Shown here: piece by piece, positions 44,473-53,139 of the stretch
How positions within the stretch are numbered: the stretch's first letter is position 1
Layout: each line of letters opens with the position of its first letter
Origin: a virus
Direction: 5' to 3' (one strand)
Length of the DNA: 64,000 nucleotides
Virus record (IMG/VR): IMGVR_UViG_3300045988_166693
Coordinates: 32,001-96,000 of that record
The notes under the pieces: model-generated
Told to the model about the DNA's origin: nothing
Database searches by the model: none
Seen by the model: the letters and a program-made list of their open reading frames with translations, nothing else
Made by a program: the position numbers and the translations under genes

Positions 44473-45255
44473 ATGCTATTCTGTATCACAAACAAATGCA
44501 GTATGGAATGTCCTCACTGCATGAGCGACTGTAAACCTGACGGACAGTTTCTCGAAAAGAAGGACATCACTACGTTTATAAATTTCTTCAACTTTATGAA
44601 GTTCCGCTCTTTGCTTATAAGCGGTGGAGAGCCGACAGAACATCCGGACTTTTCATGGATTGTGGAAACTCTGGCTCAAAAGTGTAAACCTTTGGCTATG
44701 GTTATAGTTTCAAACGGTTCTTTTATTGACCACAAACATAGGTTTGATGCAGTTGTTGAGCTTATGCGGAAATACCCATTCCTGAGATTACAGATTACTT
44801 CTATTAAGGGATTGTATAAAAACCATGATAGCATTGTACGTGTAGAAGACTTTATTAGAGGACTTTTCTCGGACCGTGTATCATTTGAAACTGAACGCAT
44901 CGTAATGATGAGACCTCTGGGTAGAGCTGCAACAAATCCTGAAATAATGGAAATGGTAAAACAGACCAACAATGGTTACAATGATTGTTCGAACACTACA
45001 CTTATATCCATACAGACACAAAACATTAAGGATTTTGCATACAACTGTGAGAGCCTAGGAAAATTCTGTATGCCTATGGTGGACTACAAGCTTGATGTAC
45101 ACATGAGCGAATCCATGCTTTGCCCTTCTGTAGGAAATCTGAAAGATGACGGTTTCCTTAAGGTTTTTGAACGTATGAAGAACTTTACTCCATGCGGAAA
45201 GTGTGGAAGTACGGATAAGGTTATGAATCTTATAAATCAGATAAAATCAAAGTAA
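44473..45255 (+). CDS. radical SAM enzyme with Cys-rich C-terminal region
   Basis: ITNKCSMECPHCMSDC contains the CxxxCxxC cluster motif at residues 8-15 and SGGEPT is the SAM-binding motif. Further Cys residues lie toward the C-terminus (CSNTT, CESLGKFC, CPSVG, CGKCGS). Confidence 0.75.
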   Translation: MLFCITNKCSMECPHCMSDCKPDGQFLEKKDITTFINFFNFMKFRSLLISGGEPTEHPDFSWIVETLAQKCKPLAMVIVSNGSFIDHKHRFDAVVELMRKYPFLRLQITSIKGLYKNHDSIVRVEDFIRGLFSDRVSFETERIVMMRPLGRAATNPEIMEMVKQTNNGYNDCSNTTLISIQTQNIKDFAYNCESLGKFCMPMVDYKLDVHMSESMLCPSVGNLKDDGFLKVFERMKNFTPCGKCGSTDKVMNLINQIKSK

Positions 45256-45264
45256 AGATATTAT

Positions 45265-45906
45265 ATGACCGCAAACGATTACTCAATAGAAAAATATGTG
45301 TCTGAATACCTGAAACCGCTGGAAGAGAAAGGAATTATCACAGACTTGCGGGTTATTCCATGCAGATGCCGCATCATGTTCAGACTGAATGAACCCTCAC
45401 GAGAAAACTCAATGAAAGTCATTATAGAAACGGAGGAAGACGAAGATCGTATCATATATTTCAAGTCCGATGTTTCGGTGGAGGAAACATTCCGGTCACC
45501 TGAACGGAGGTTTATTTATCAAAGACTGATGAATGCAAATAAAACCCTTAATGATGAACTAAACAGGAAATCAGCAAACACCGATTTATACATTACGAAA
45601 TACCTGAAACCACTGGAAGAGAAAGGACTGATAAAGAACCTCGCTGCGTGTAAGAATCATAGCGTATGGTTTACGATGGTGAAAGAAATTAAAGGTGTGT
45701 CTATCACTGTCAATCTAATCCCAGGGACGACAGTAGATACTGTTGCATTTTACCCTATTCCTCTTGACATAGGTCGTTACGGAGTAGAAACAACATTTAT
45801 ACCCAATCCGGTAAATGATGATCATTACACGGAAAACCTTGAGAAACGTATTCAGGAATCAATGAATACACTGAAAGAAATATTTGATAACCCACTACAG
45901 GAATAA
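45265..45906 (+). CDS. hypothetical protein with internal duplication (213 aa)
   Basis: KYVSEYLKPLEEKGIITDL and KYLKPLEEKGLIKNL mark two repeated halves. Confidence 0.5.
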   Translation: MTANDYSIEKYVSEYLKPLEEKGIITDLRVIPCRCRIMFRLNEPSRENSMKVIIETEEDEDRIIYFKSDVSVEETFRSPERRFIYQRLMNANKTLNDELNRKSANTDLYITKYLKPLEEKGLIKNLAACKNHSVWFTMVKEIKGVSITVNLIPGTTVDTVAFYPIPLDIGRYGVETTFIPNPVNDDHYTENLEKRIQESMNTLKEIFDNPLQE

Positions 45907-45910
45907 GATT

Positions 45911-46321
45911 ATGGAAACGAAATCAGAAGGTGCAAAAAGACTGGAAGATGAAGTCCTCACCATCAAGCAGGAAATGGAAACCAAGCTCGCTCCATACAGG
46001 ATGAAGCTCCTGGAAATACATAATGAAATGACCCGAATCTCGCAACCCTACGAGAAAAGAATCAAGCAGAAAGAACAGGAATATCTCGACAAATTCCTTG
46101 TAGACTGTAACGGAAATAGCGTTCACACGGGAGACATCCTGACAAACAACGTAACTGGTGAGTCATTTAAGGTGGTAAACCGGTTCCAGCAAAAGGTGAT
46201 TCATTACCTCGGGAATCCGCGTGTGGTGGTCGTAAAACTGAACAAGAAAGGAGAGCCTGGTAAAAAAGAATTTTCTATATTTACAAGTGAATTACAGAGC
46301 TGTTATAAGATAAACAAATAA
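45911..46321 (+). CDS. hypothetical protein (136 aa)
   Basis: The track start 45884 is TTG; ATG is at 45911 (METKSEGAKRL). Confidence 0.5.
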   Translation: METKSEGAKRLEDEVLTIKQEMETKLAPYRMKLLEIHNEMTRISQPYEKRIKQKEQEYLDKFLVDCNGNSVHTGDILTNNVTGESFKVVNRFQQKVIHYLGNPRVVVVKLNKKGEPGKKEFSIFTSELQSCYKINK

Positions 46322-46324
46322 ACC

Positions 46325-46807
46325 ATGAAAAAAGAATTTACAGAAGACCAGCTTGTATATATACGAGACATTTTCGCTCAGGAATGTGAGAAATATATAG
46401 ATTTAGGCAAAAGAGATGATGCTCAGGAAGCACTGGATATTGTAAACGTAGTACAGTCAAAATACGAGTGTGAAGAATACGCCGACCTGGAATCCTTTAT
46501 GCTGGATGAAAGCGGGACTTATTACTACATAGAAAAACGTGAATTGGAAGAAAGTGAAGAAGAATCTGTCAGACTGATGATTCAATTTGCCAAATCTTCG
46601 GAACAAAACCCATCTGAGGAACTGAAAGAAGCGGTAAATGAACATTTGGGTTTAATCCATGCAAATCGAGGAAAAACAAAGCTGGATGTAATAATGAATA
46701 GAAAAGTAAATATAAACAGACTCATTGTTCTTTGCATAAATTCATGCGAGGAAAGCGAATTGATAAGACTTGATGACATAGCAGACTTGCTGGCCGAAAA
46801 CATTTAA
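46325..46807 (+). CDS. hypothetical acidic protein (160 aa)
   Basis: ATG ORF in the early array. Confidence 0.5.
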   Translation: MKKEFTEDQLVYIRDIFAQECEKYIDLGKRDDAQEALDIVNVVQSKYECEEYADLESFMLDESGTYYYIEKRELEESEEESVRLMIQFAKSSEQNPSEELKEAVNEHLGLIHANRGKTKLDVIMNRKVNINRLIVLCINSCEESELIRLDDIADLLAENI

Positions 46808-46819
46808 AACGAATAAACC

Positions 46820-47560
46820 ATGGAAGAAAGAAAAATAAACTTTAAAAAGAACGATGATAATACTCCGGTTCTTGATCCGGACGGAATGCTTTACAAAAAG
46901 CTGACAGAGAAACAGACGAAAATAAACGAAAGAATCTATTCATTGCTTTACATGCTAAAAGAAGGGAGCCTGAATGAGGGCACAAAAGAAGCATTGCTTG
47001 AATTGTTTCATAAGAATGCAATAGATATCCTGAACGAACTTGGATATGAAGACAGCCTGAATAAAAAGTACAATGAATACATCCAGGAAATACGCTCACT
47101 TAACCATGAGAACCGGGAACTAAGAAAACAGCTTGGGATGAAAGTATCAAACGAGGATGCAAGAGGACGGTTGAAACTTATCACTGAATCCTTTGGTGAA
47201 TGGTGGTACAATGAAGGAACCGGAAATATAGATAATATTATTTTCGACAGGTACAAAATGACCGCCACATTGAGAGGAGAGATCTTTCCTTCCAGCCTAA
47301 AAAAGCAGGTAGAAATGTTGAAGCAAAAAGGATTTGATGTATCGTCTATTACAAACTACGGGCATCACCTTACTGCCTCCGAAAAAAACCTCATTATGCT
47401 GAAAGAACTCTTTGAAAACGCTTTTCCACATTCTAATATTGACGAAATAAATACAGCCACCTATCTGGGAGGTGAAAGCGGAGAAGAATATGTGTACGTT
47501 ATTACAAAGATCATCGTTAATTTCAATAACCTTGACGACATTAAAATCACAGAGCCATGA
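46820..47560 (+). CDS. hypothetical protein (246 aa)
   Basis: ATG ORF in the early array. Confidence 0.5.
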   Translation: MEERKINFKKNDDNTPVLDPDGMLYKKLTEKQTKINERIYSLLYMLKEGSLNEGTKEALLELFHKNAIDILNELGYEDSLNKKYNEYIQEIRSLNHENRELRKQLGMKVSNEDARGRLKLITESFGEWWYNEGTGNIDNIIFDRYKMTATLRGEIFPSSLKKQVEMLKQKGFDVSSITNYGHHLTASEKNLIMLKELFENAFPHSNIDEINTATYLGGESGEEYVYVITKIIVNFNNLDDIKITEP

Positions 47561-47985
47561 CCGAACTGAATACTGAAAATGTGGACCGAATTTTCGCCGA
47601 CTGCATGTTCCGCAGCCACGAAGAATACGAAGAATGTAAAGGGAAAAACCTCTATCTGTTTGTGAACTCCATTCAGAACCCTACAGTAAAAGTCGGATTC
47701 CATCCGGAACGCATCGAGGTGCACCGGCACGAGATCCGCGAAATGCTTTCACAACTGCCCGACGGATTCTTTCCCGGCACAGGCGATGGAGCCTCTTTCC
47801 TTCAGGCATGTTCTACCAAAGACGGGCAGTTATGGACCGGATTCCATACAGAGACGGAAAAGCTTTGTCTGCTGGGAATAGCTGCAAAAGAAATGATGAT
47901 CCTTACTCCTGATCCGGCGATATGGATTTCACTTCCGGGAGGTATGCCCTACTTCCGTGTAGAAAACAAAAAACAAACTGATTAA
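47557..47985 (+). CDS. hypothetical protein (142 aa)
   Basis: ATG ORF with a 4-nt overlap with the upstream gene. Confidence 0.5.
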   Translation: MTELNTENVDRIFADCMFRSHEEYEECKGKNLYLFVNSIQNPTVKVGFHPERIEVHRHEIREMLSQLPDGFFPGTGDGASFLQACSTKDGQLWTGFHTETEKLCLLGIAAKEMMILTPDPAIWISLPGGMPYFRVENKKQTD

Positions 47986-47995
47986 TTAATTTGGT

Positions 47996-48304
47996 ATGAA
48001 AAAGAACAATCTAAAATCCGGAGACAGACTGATTATGTCCGGCTATTTGTTTACAGCTTTATCTGTAATAATTATTTATTTTACTACTGACGACATTCGC
48101 CTGCTTATACTGGCTACATTTGCCTCTCTTTCGGCATTGGCCGGAATGATCATCAATAGCCTGAGCCTGGTGATGAAAGTGCTTGTCGAAGTAGAAAAAG
48201 AAAAGCACAACACACTGATAAACAATACAATGAAATTCATTTCAGGTACATACAATAACGAAAAGAAAGAAGAAGGAAGGAAAGACGACGAAAAAATTCA
48301 TTAA
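47996..48304 (+). CDS. two-TM membrane protein (102 aa)
   Basis: Hydrophobic helices YLFTALSVIIIYF and LLILATFASLSALAGMIINSLSLVM. Last gene of the early array. Confidence 0.5.
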   Translation: MKKNNLKSGDRLIMSGYLFTALSVIIIYFTTDDIRLLILATFASLSALAGMIINSLSLVMKVLVEVEKEKHNTLINNTMKFISGTYNNEKKEEGRKDDEKIH

Positions 48305-48397
48305 TAAACTCTGAGAAATTTATTAATAAACACTTTTCACGCCTATTAATAAACTCCAAAAAATTTATTCGATGCCACTGAAAAATTTATTAATAAT
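48300..48397. repeat. five phased copies (about 22-bp period) of AATTTATTAATAA(AC)
   Basis: ATTAATAAAC at 48300, 48322 and 48345, a degenerate copy near 48367 (aaatttattcgat), and ATTAATAAT at 48389. Confidence 0.6.
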
Positions 48398-48506
48398 TTT
48401 TTTGGCAGAAAAGAACGCTTTTCTCCCCTCTCATTCACTGGAATAGAAGAAACGCATATAGTTTATGTAAATATTTTTCACATTAAATCTGCTATATATT
48501 TATGAA

Positions 48507-48543
48507 AAATCCCGGCTAGAAAGCGACCTTTCTGCCGGGATTT
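48507..48543 (-). terminator. long stem-loop between the convergent early and portal transcripts
   Basis: aaatcccggc-t-agaaag-cgac-ctttct-gccgggattt, followed by tttttc on the minus strand. Confidence 0.65.
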
Positions 48544-48582
48544 CCAATAAACCAAAAACCTAAAGAAGAAGAAAAATGTATA

Positions 48583-50316
48583 TTATAGTGTAGATTCCGT
48601 TTCTTCTGTGCCGGTTGCGCTCCGGTCGAGTGTGGTAAATGTCTGCTGACGGATGACTATTTCTCCATGCTTGTCCCATTTGTTGAATGTATAGATGTTC
48701 TTCAGGAACCGCAGATAAATGCGCTGCCGGGTAGAAAGCTGATTCTGCTTGAGCAACTGCAATTCGCGCATGTAAGTACCTCCGGTGCTTCCGCTTTTCC
48801 CCGGTGTGCTTCCAATTAAACTAGGATGAACCCCTATGGCAAAGAAGATTATACTGGATATCTCCTCTAATTCATCTTTTAATTCAGTTGCATTTGTCAG
48901 CTGCGGTACATCCACAATCTCCACCGCATGTTGCATCGTCTTTCCGTCAGGACCTACGAAAGAGTCCAGACAGATCGTCTTACCGTTATTCTCGCGGCGC
49001 TGCAGAAACTCGTTTACCTTCTTGTAGATGCTGTCTCTTACTTCCTGCTTTTTCTCCGTCGTATCAGCTCCCAGTTCGTCGAACATCGCACGCAGATACT
49101 CGTTGTTGATGAAGATCATCTTTCCCCACATGGTCGCATTCTGGCGGGCCATGGCTTTGTCGGTAATCAGGGTCGTAGCATAATCGTAAGTCATCGACGG
49201 AAAAATACTCCACCAGGCCGGCTGCGGGTAATAGGGTTTCAGCATCGAAGGGTAATAGCTTGGACAGCAGAACCAGGTAGTACGGTTCCTGGGTGATCTC
49301 TTCTTACTCTTATCCACCTGACGGCGCAGTTCCGTAAGCATGTTTTCCGGCATAAGCGTGGGATAGGCCACCACATCTTTTGCATTCAACTTGGGCGTGG
49401 CATCCTTGCGCCATTTCTCAGCATAATACACGTAGTTGATCCGCATCCGGTCGTCCATCTCCTCCATGCGGCAGCACACCGCCGGAATGTTTCCTAACTT
49501 GACGATCTTCGGGTCCCACTCTTCGTCCTTCCGTCCGATGCTGAGACCGATGGTCGGGAAATAAATATCCATGTGCGCGTCGTCGGTCATGCACTTCAGG
49601 TAGTGAAGTTCCAGATTGTTGTTCTCGCAGAACTTGTCCCATTCCTTGTCAGTCTCTTCCCAGGTGCGGTAATCCTCCCGGAGCTGTTTCAGCTCGTATT
49701 CCGGTGTTCCAACCTGTGCGATATCTTTCTGCTCCTCTCCGGACACGGCCTGCGACCAGGTGATTGTGCCTCCCCCACCCTGCTCTTCGCCGCTTTCTGC
49801 TTTCTGCTGGTCAATCTGTGCCTGAACCTCCATGATGCGGTTACGGATCAGCAGTCCGGCATCCTTGAATGGAATCAGCTCAGTCTTTACCGTACTGTTT
49901 ACATAGCGCGACCAGCGGTACATAAGCTGCGGTCCGAGCCCTACGGTCAGGTCAATAATATATTTGATGGCGGTTGCCGTGTACGGCAGACTGCCTACCA
50001 GCTTGTAGATAGTGTTCGGAAGCATGTTCTCCGGTCCCCAGGGAATGTAACCCAGACCGGGTGTTCCGGCATTGCTGACCGGCACCGGATTCGACTGTTT
50101 GCTGTCGAAGATATTGAACGTGCCCTGAATGGGCAATCCGCCGATGGCCCCTCCCCCTTTCAGCATTTCAGAAGAAGATACGGAAGGGATTTCCGATACA
50201 CGGGCCATGCCGATGTACTCGAAGCCGCGTCCCATGAGCGAAGTAACCTTGCCGCGGAACTGCTTGATCTCCTGAACGGTTTTCTGCCGGTTTGTTTTTT
50301 TTGTGTTTGTCGTCAT
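48583..50316 (-). CDS. portal-like protein (577 aa)
   Basis: The size and the C-terminal half (…IGVHPSLIGSTPGKSGSTGGTYMRELQLLKQNQLSTRQRIYLRFL…) resemble phage portal proteins. Not confirmed by any search. Confidence 0.5.
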   Translation of the reverse strand: MTTNTKKTNRQKTVQEIKQFRGKVTSLMGRGFEYIGMARVSEIPSVSSSEMLKGGGAIGGLPIQGTFNIFDSKQSNPVPVSNAGTPGLGYIPWGPENMLPNTIYKLVGSLPYTATAIKYIIDLTVGLGPQLMYRWSRYVNSTVKTELIPFKDAGLLIRNRIMEVQAQIDQQKAESGEEQGGGGTITWSQAVSGEEQKDIAQVGTPEYELKQLREDYRTWEETDKEWDKFCENNNLELHYLKCMTDDAHMDIYFPTIGLSIGRKDEEWDPKIVKLGNIPAVCCRMEEMDDRMRINYVYYAEKWRKDATPKLNAKDVVAYPTLMPENMLTELRRQVDKSKKRSPRNRTTWFCCPSYYPSMLKPYYPQPAWWSIFPSMTYDYATTLITDKAMARQNATMWGKMIFINNEYLRAMFDELGADTTEKKQEVRDSIYKKVNEFLQRRENNGKTICLDSFVGPDGKTMQHAVEIVDVPQLTNATELKDELEEISSIIFFAIGVHPSLIGSTPGKSGSTGGTYMRELQLLKQNQLSTRQRIYLRFLKNIYTFNKWDKHGEIVIRQQTFTTLDRSATGTEETESTL

Positions 50317-50317
50317 A

Positions 50318-50581
50318 TCACTTAACCAATATCTTTGTGTCGTTAATCTGCAGGATCAGTACGTCGTACACAATGCGGAAATCTCCGTTCAGTAGCACCA
50401 GCTTCCGGAAACCTTTCTCGCGGTTGTACGACACGGCCCGCTGCACGTTGTAACATTCGCTGATCGTCCCGTCCTTGCACACGAAACGTATGTCGAACGG
50501 TTTGTTTTTCCCGTCCGGAGTGCGGGCGTTCATCAGCTTGTACGCCTCAGTCCAGAGCAGTCGTTTGGTAGGTTTCTTCAT
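50318..50581 (-). CDS. hypothetical protein (87 aa)
   Basis: The track start 50686 is TTG and spans the hairpin and promoter. ATG 50581 (MKKPTKRLLW) is preferred. 1-nt gap to the portal gene. Confidence 0.5.
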   Translation of the reverse strand: MKKPTKRLLWTEAYKLMNARTPDGKNKPFDIRFVCKDGTISECYNVQRAVSYNREKGFRKLVLLNGDFRIVYDVLILQINDTKILVK

Positions 50582-50599
50582 TTTCCTCTTGTTTTGACA

Positions 50600-50634
50600 C
50601 AAAGATAAATAAGGCAGAACTGGGAATGAAGGAC
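50600..50634 (-). promoter_or_regulatory. late-operon element GTCCTTCA-N19-TATCTTTG (copy F)
   Basis: Minus strand: TTTTTTTGTCCTTCAttcccagttctgccttattTATCTTTG, ending 18 nt before ATG 50581. Confidence 0.6.
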
Positions 50635-50635
50635 A

Positions 50636-50759
50636 AAAAAATACGCATCTCCCTTCACAGGGAAATGCGATCATGAAACTTTTCAAAAGAAAAAATACAT
50701 CTGTTTAAGCTCACCGGCCTTCACAGGCAAATGAGCTCCGATTCAATATTTTATTATTG
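50636..50759 (-). ncRNA. candidate ~120-nt short transcript carrying two GTGA-loop hairpins
   Basis: Canonical promoter at 50766..50796, an internal hairpin at 50708..50737, and a terminator hairpin at 50644..50669 followed by TA plus T7. No credible ORF. Confidence 0.3.
50644..50669 (-). terminator. hairpin with CCCT-GTGA-AGGG tip, followed by T7
   Basis: Minus strand: cgcatttccctGTGAagggagatgcg followed by tattttttt. Confidence 0.6.
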
Positions 50760-50765
50760 CCTTGA

Positions 50766-50796
50766 CAAAGATACGAATAATTGTTCATCATGCAAA
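50766..50796 (-). promoter_or_regulatory. canonical Bacteroides-type promoter TTTG-N19-TATCTTTG
   Basis: Minus strand: TTTGcatgatgaacaattattcgTATCTTTG. The -33 TTTG is the end of the upstream terminator U-tract. Confidence 0.5.
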
Positions 50797-50798
50797 AA

Positions 50799-50828
50799 AC
50801 CGCACCTCCTTTCACAGGAAAGTGCGGT
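50799..50828 (-). terminator. hairpin with GTGA(A) loop plus T6, downstream of the par operon
   Basis: Minus strand: accgcactttcctGTGAaaggaggtgcggt followed by tttttt. Confidence 0.6.
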
Positions 50829-51031
50829 TATAAAAAATAAAATACGATCATTTGAATCTGTATTCAAAGTATTGCAAAGATAAGTATGTCCTTTGACATT
50901 CCAACAAAAAAAGCAGGAAGTGATGACTCTTCCTGCCTTTTGCCGTCAGAGCCACCGCTCTTAATCATTGAAATTCAATGCGAAGATACAAAAAAGTCGC
51001 AAACAGAAAATTTCTGCCTGCGACTTTTATG

Positions 51032-51556
51032 TTATTCATCCTCTGTCTTCCCGTTTATCCTGTCGAGCGCCTTGCTGATGATGTCCAGTCCCTCTCTGGT
51101 GGCTTTCCCGTTCGGGAAAAACTCTTCCTTGAACCTTTCAACCGCCACATACACAAAATCCTGTATGTCGATCTCGTATTCCAGCTTGATCCGACTGATA
51201 TCTTTGTGCATCTTCTTGTCGAAGCGGAGTGCGATAAGCTTGTCACGTTTCACTGCCGTTTTTGCCCGGCGGCTGCGCTTCGCTTTCTCGTCCGATGGTT
51301 CCGGCGCGACGGCTTCTTCCCCAGACGCTGACTCTGCCTCTTCCGCCCTGCCCTCTTCGGGTTCTTTCGGCTCAGGAACAGGCGCAGCTTCCGTCTGTCC
51401 CGGTGGAACTCCGGTATCCGTATTTACCAGATTCTTGTCCTCTTCTTCCGGCGCATTTCCCGAAGGGGGAACGAACGCTGGCCGGATGTTCTGCTTCGCA
51501 TCGTCAACAAACTGACCTATATTGAGCAAAGCTTTCTTATTCTTTTTGTTGATCAT
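51032..51556 (-). CDS. partition adaptor candidate (small ParB/ParG-like, 174 aa)
   Basis: Immediately downstream of parA. Has an acidic/Pro-rich linker. The C-terminal KRDKLIALRFDKKMHKDISRIKLEYEIDIQDFVYVAVERF could form a ribbon-helix-helix. Call rests mainly on position. Confidence 0.45.
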   Translation of the reverse strand: MINKKNKKALLNIGQFVDDAKQNIRPAFVPPSGNAPEEEDKNLVNTDTGVPPGQTEAAPVPEPKEPEEGRAEEAESASGEEAVAPEPSDEKAKRSRRAKTAVKRDKLIALRFDKKMHKDISRIKLEYEIDIQDFVYVAVERFKEEFFPNGKATREGLDIISKALDRINGKTEDE

Positions 51557-51571
51557 ATACTACCCTCCTCT

Positions 51572-52465
51572 TTAAATCACCGGTTTCTCTTCCGGATCGG
51601 TTTCTGTTGCTTCCTCTTCATCTTCCTGAACACCGTTTGCCGATATCCATGCGTCCAGCGCTATGCTTTGCCAGTTGGACGGACGGGTGCATCCGGTTAT
51701 TTCCTCGGCCAGCGACATGTAGTCCTCTGCCCCATTCGACTCGGGCGCGTGCTCAAAAATTCCTTTGTACTGAAGCGGAGTCTCGTCAAACTTCACATTC
51801 TTGCGGATCTTTGTTTTGAAAACCTTGTCGCCATATCTGCTGTCGAAGAACTCGCTTACTGCACGCGAAATTCGGGTCTGTTTGTCATACTTGATGATCA
51901 GGAAACCCAGGATATCAAGTCTGGGATTTACATTTTCCTTGATCTCGCTGATCCCGAAAAGAAGATCCTGCATACCCTGAAGGGAGAACCCGGAACATTC
52001 TGCCGGTATCAGCACATAATCGGATGCAGACATGTTGTTGTTGTTCATCAGACCTTCTTTCGGACTGCAGTCAATCAGCACATAGTCGAACATGTATGTT
52101 CCGTCCTGCTGTGGCTGCAGGTAAGGTTTCAGTTTCTTGTTATAAAGGAACATTTCCCGGTTTACTTTTCCGTTCAGATATGACTCTATATCGCGGAGCC
52201 CTTTGGAAGAAGGTACATAGAACAGGCCGGGATACTGCTCGTAAATCGGCATGGGCATATCGTCCGTGCGCAACCATTCATTGAGCGTGGCGTCACCTTC
52301 ACTCTGATTAAATCCAAGCATTCCGCTGAGATTACACTGCGCATCCGTATCAATCAGCAGCACACGTTTTCCAAGCGCCCAAAGCGCTACACCCAGATTG
52401 TAAGTAGTGGTAGTCTTTGCTACTCCACCCTTGAAATTAAGAATAGAAATTACTTTTGTCATCAT
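51572..52465 (-). CDS. parA: ParA/Soj-family partition ATPase
   Basis: Deviant Walker A in ILNFKGGVAKTTTTYNLG, followed by LLIDTDAQCNLS. Confidence 0.85.
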   Translation of the reverse strand: MMTKVISILNFKGGVAKTTTTYNLGVALWALGKRVLLIDTDAQCNLSGMLGFNQSEGDATLNEWLRTDDMPMPIYEQYPGLFYVPSSKGLRDIESYLNGKVNREMFLYNKKLKPYLQPQQDGTYMFDYVLIDCSPKEGLMNNNNMSASDYVLIPAECSGFSLQGMQDLLFGISEIKENVNPRLDILGFLIIKYDKQTRISRAVSEFFDSRYGDKVFKTKIRKNVKFDETPLQYKGIFEHAPESNGAEDYMSLAEEITGCTRPSNWQSIALDAWISANGVQEDEEEATETDPEEKPVI

Positions 52466-52499
52466 TAATAGGATTTGAATTTCAACACCACAAAAGTAA

Positions 52500-53135
52500 T
52501 GATAATCTTTGAAATATCAAAGCTATATAGATAAATAAATATATAGCTATACAAATATTCAGTTATTCCGATAACCATATATTCAGCTATACAGATAGTC
52601 AGCTATACAACTATACAAATAGCAAAATATATACATAACCGGCTATGCAACAATATAGTTATACAGATATAAGCCTTCCAAAAACCAACGGGATATATGG
52701 CTATACAGATAGGCAGTTATCCGACTATCTGTATATATAAATATTTAGCTATACAGTTATATGGCTATACATATATTTAATTATATAGCTATTTATATAT
52801 CTACCTATCAGGTTATCCTTATTCCTGCATATCCAGCTATTCAGATATACATATAGCTGGATATATAGATAGTTGTATATGCAGATATACATGTAGCTGA
52901 ATATATGACTAGCTAAATATATAAATAGCTGAATATATGAATATATAAATAGCCGGATATCGGACTAGCCGTATATCTGTATATATACCTGTCTGTATAA
53001 CCGGACATGCGAAATAAATAACCGGATATGTGTAAAGCCATATATCCGGTTATATACAAAGCTATATATCCATATATTTAAATAGCCATATAGCTGGTTA
53101 TGTAAATATATGGATATATGTATTTATGGTTTAGG
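52500..53135. repeat. ~640-bp AT-rich array of short degenerate repeats (candidate centromere and/or origin region)
   Basis: At least ten copies of RGCTATACA(R) in the left half. TAGCTGAATATAT and CCGGATAT/ATATCCGG families, in both orientations, fill the right half. No ORF of 60 aa or more. Lies directly upstream of parA. Confidence 0.6.
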
Positions 53136-53139
53136 TATT

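Noticed and set aside
49573-50325. 250-aa plus-strand ORF
   Set aside because: Antisense shadow of the portal-like gene.
50886-51515. 209-aa plus-strand ORF, plus 50978..51331 and 51262..51525
   Set aside because: Antisense or alternative frames of the parA-partner gene. Ser/Pro-rich translations with no upstream expression signals.
52466-53139. Repeat array as a CRISPR locus
   Set aside because: The repeats are 9-13 bp, degenerate, of several families and in both orientations, with no uniform 25-40 bp repeat-spacer periodicity. There are no cas genes.
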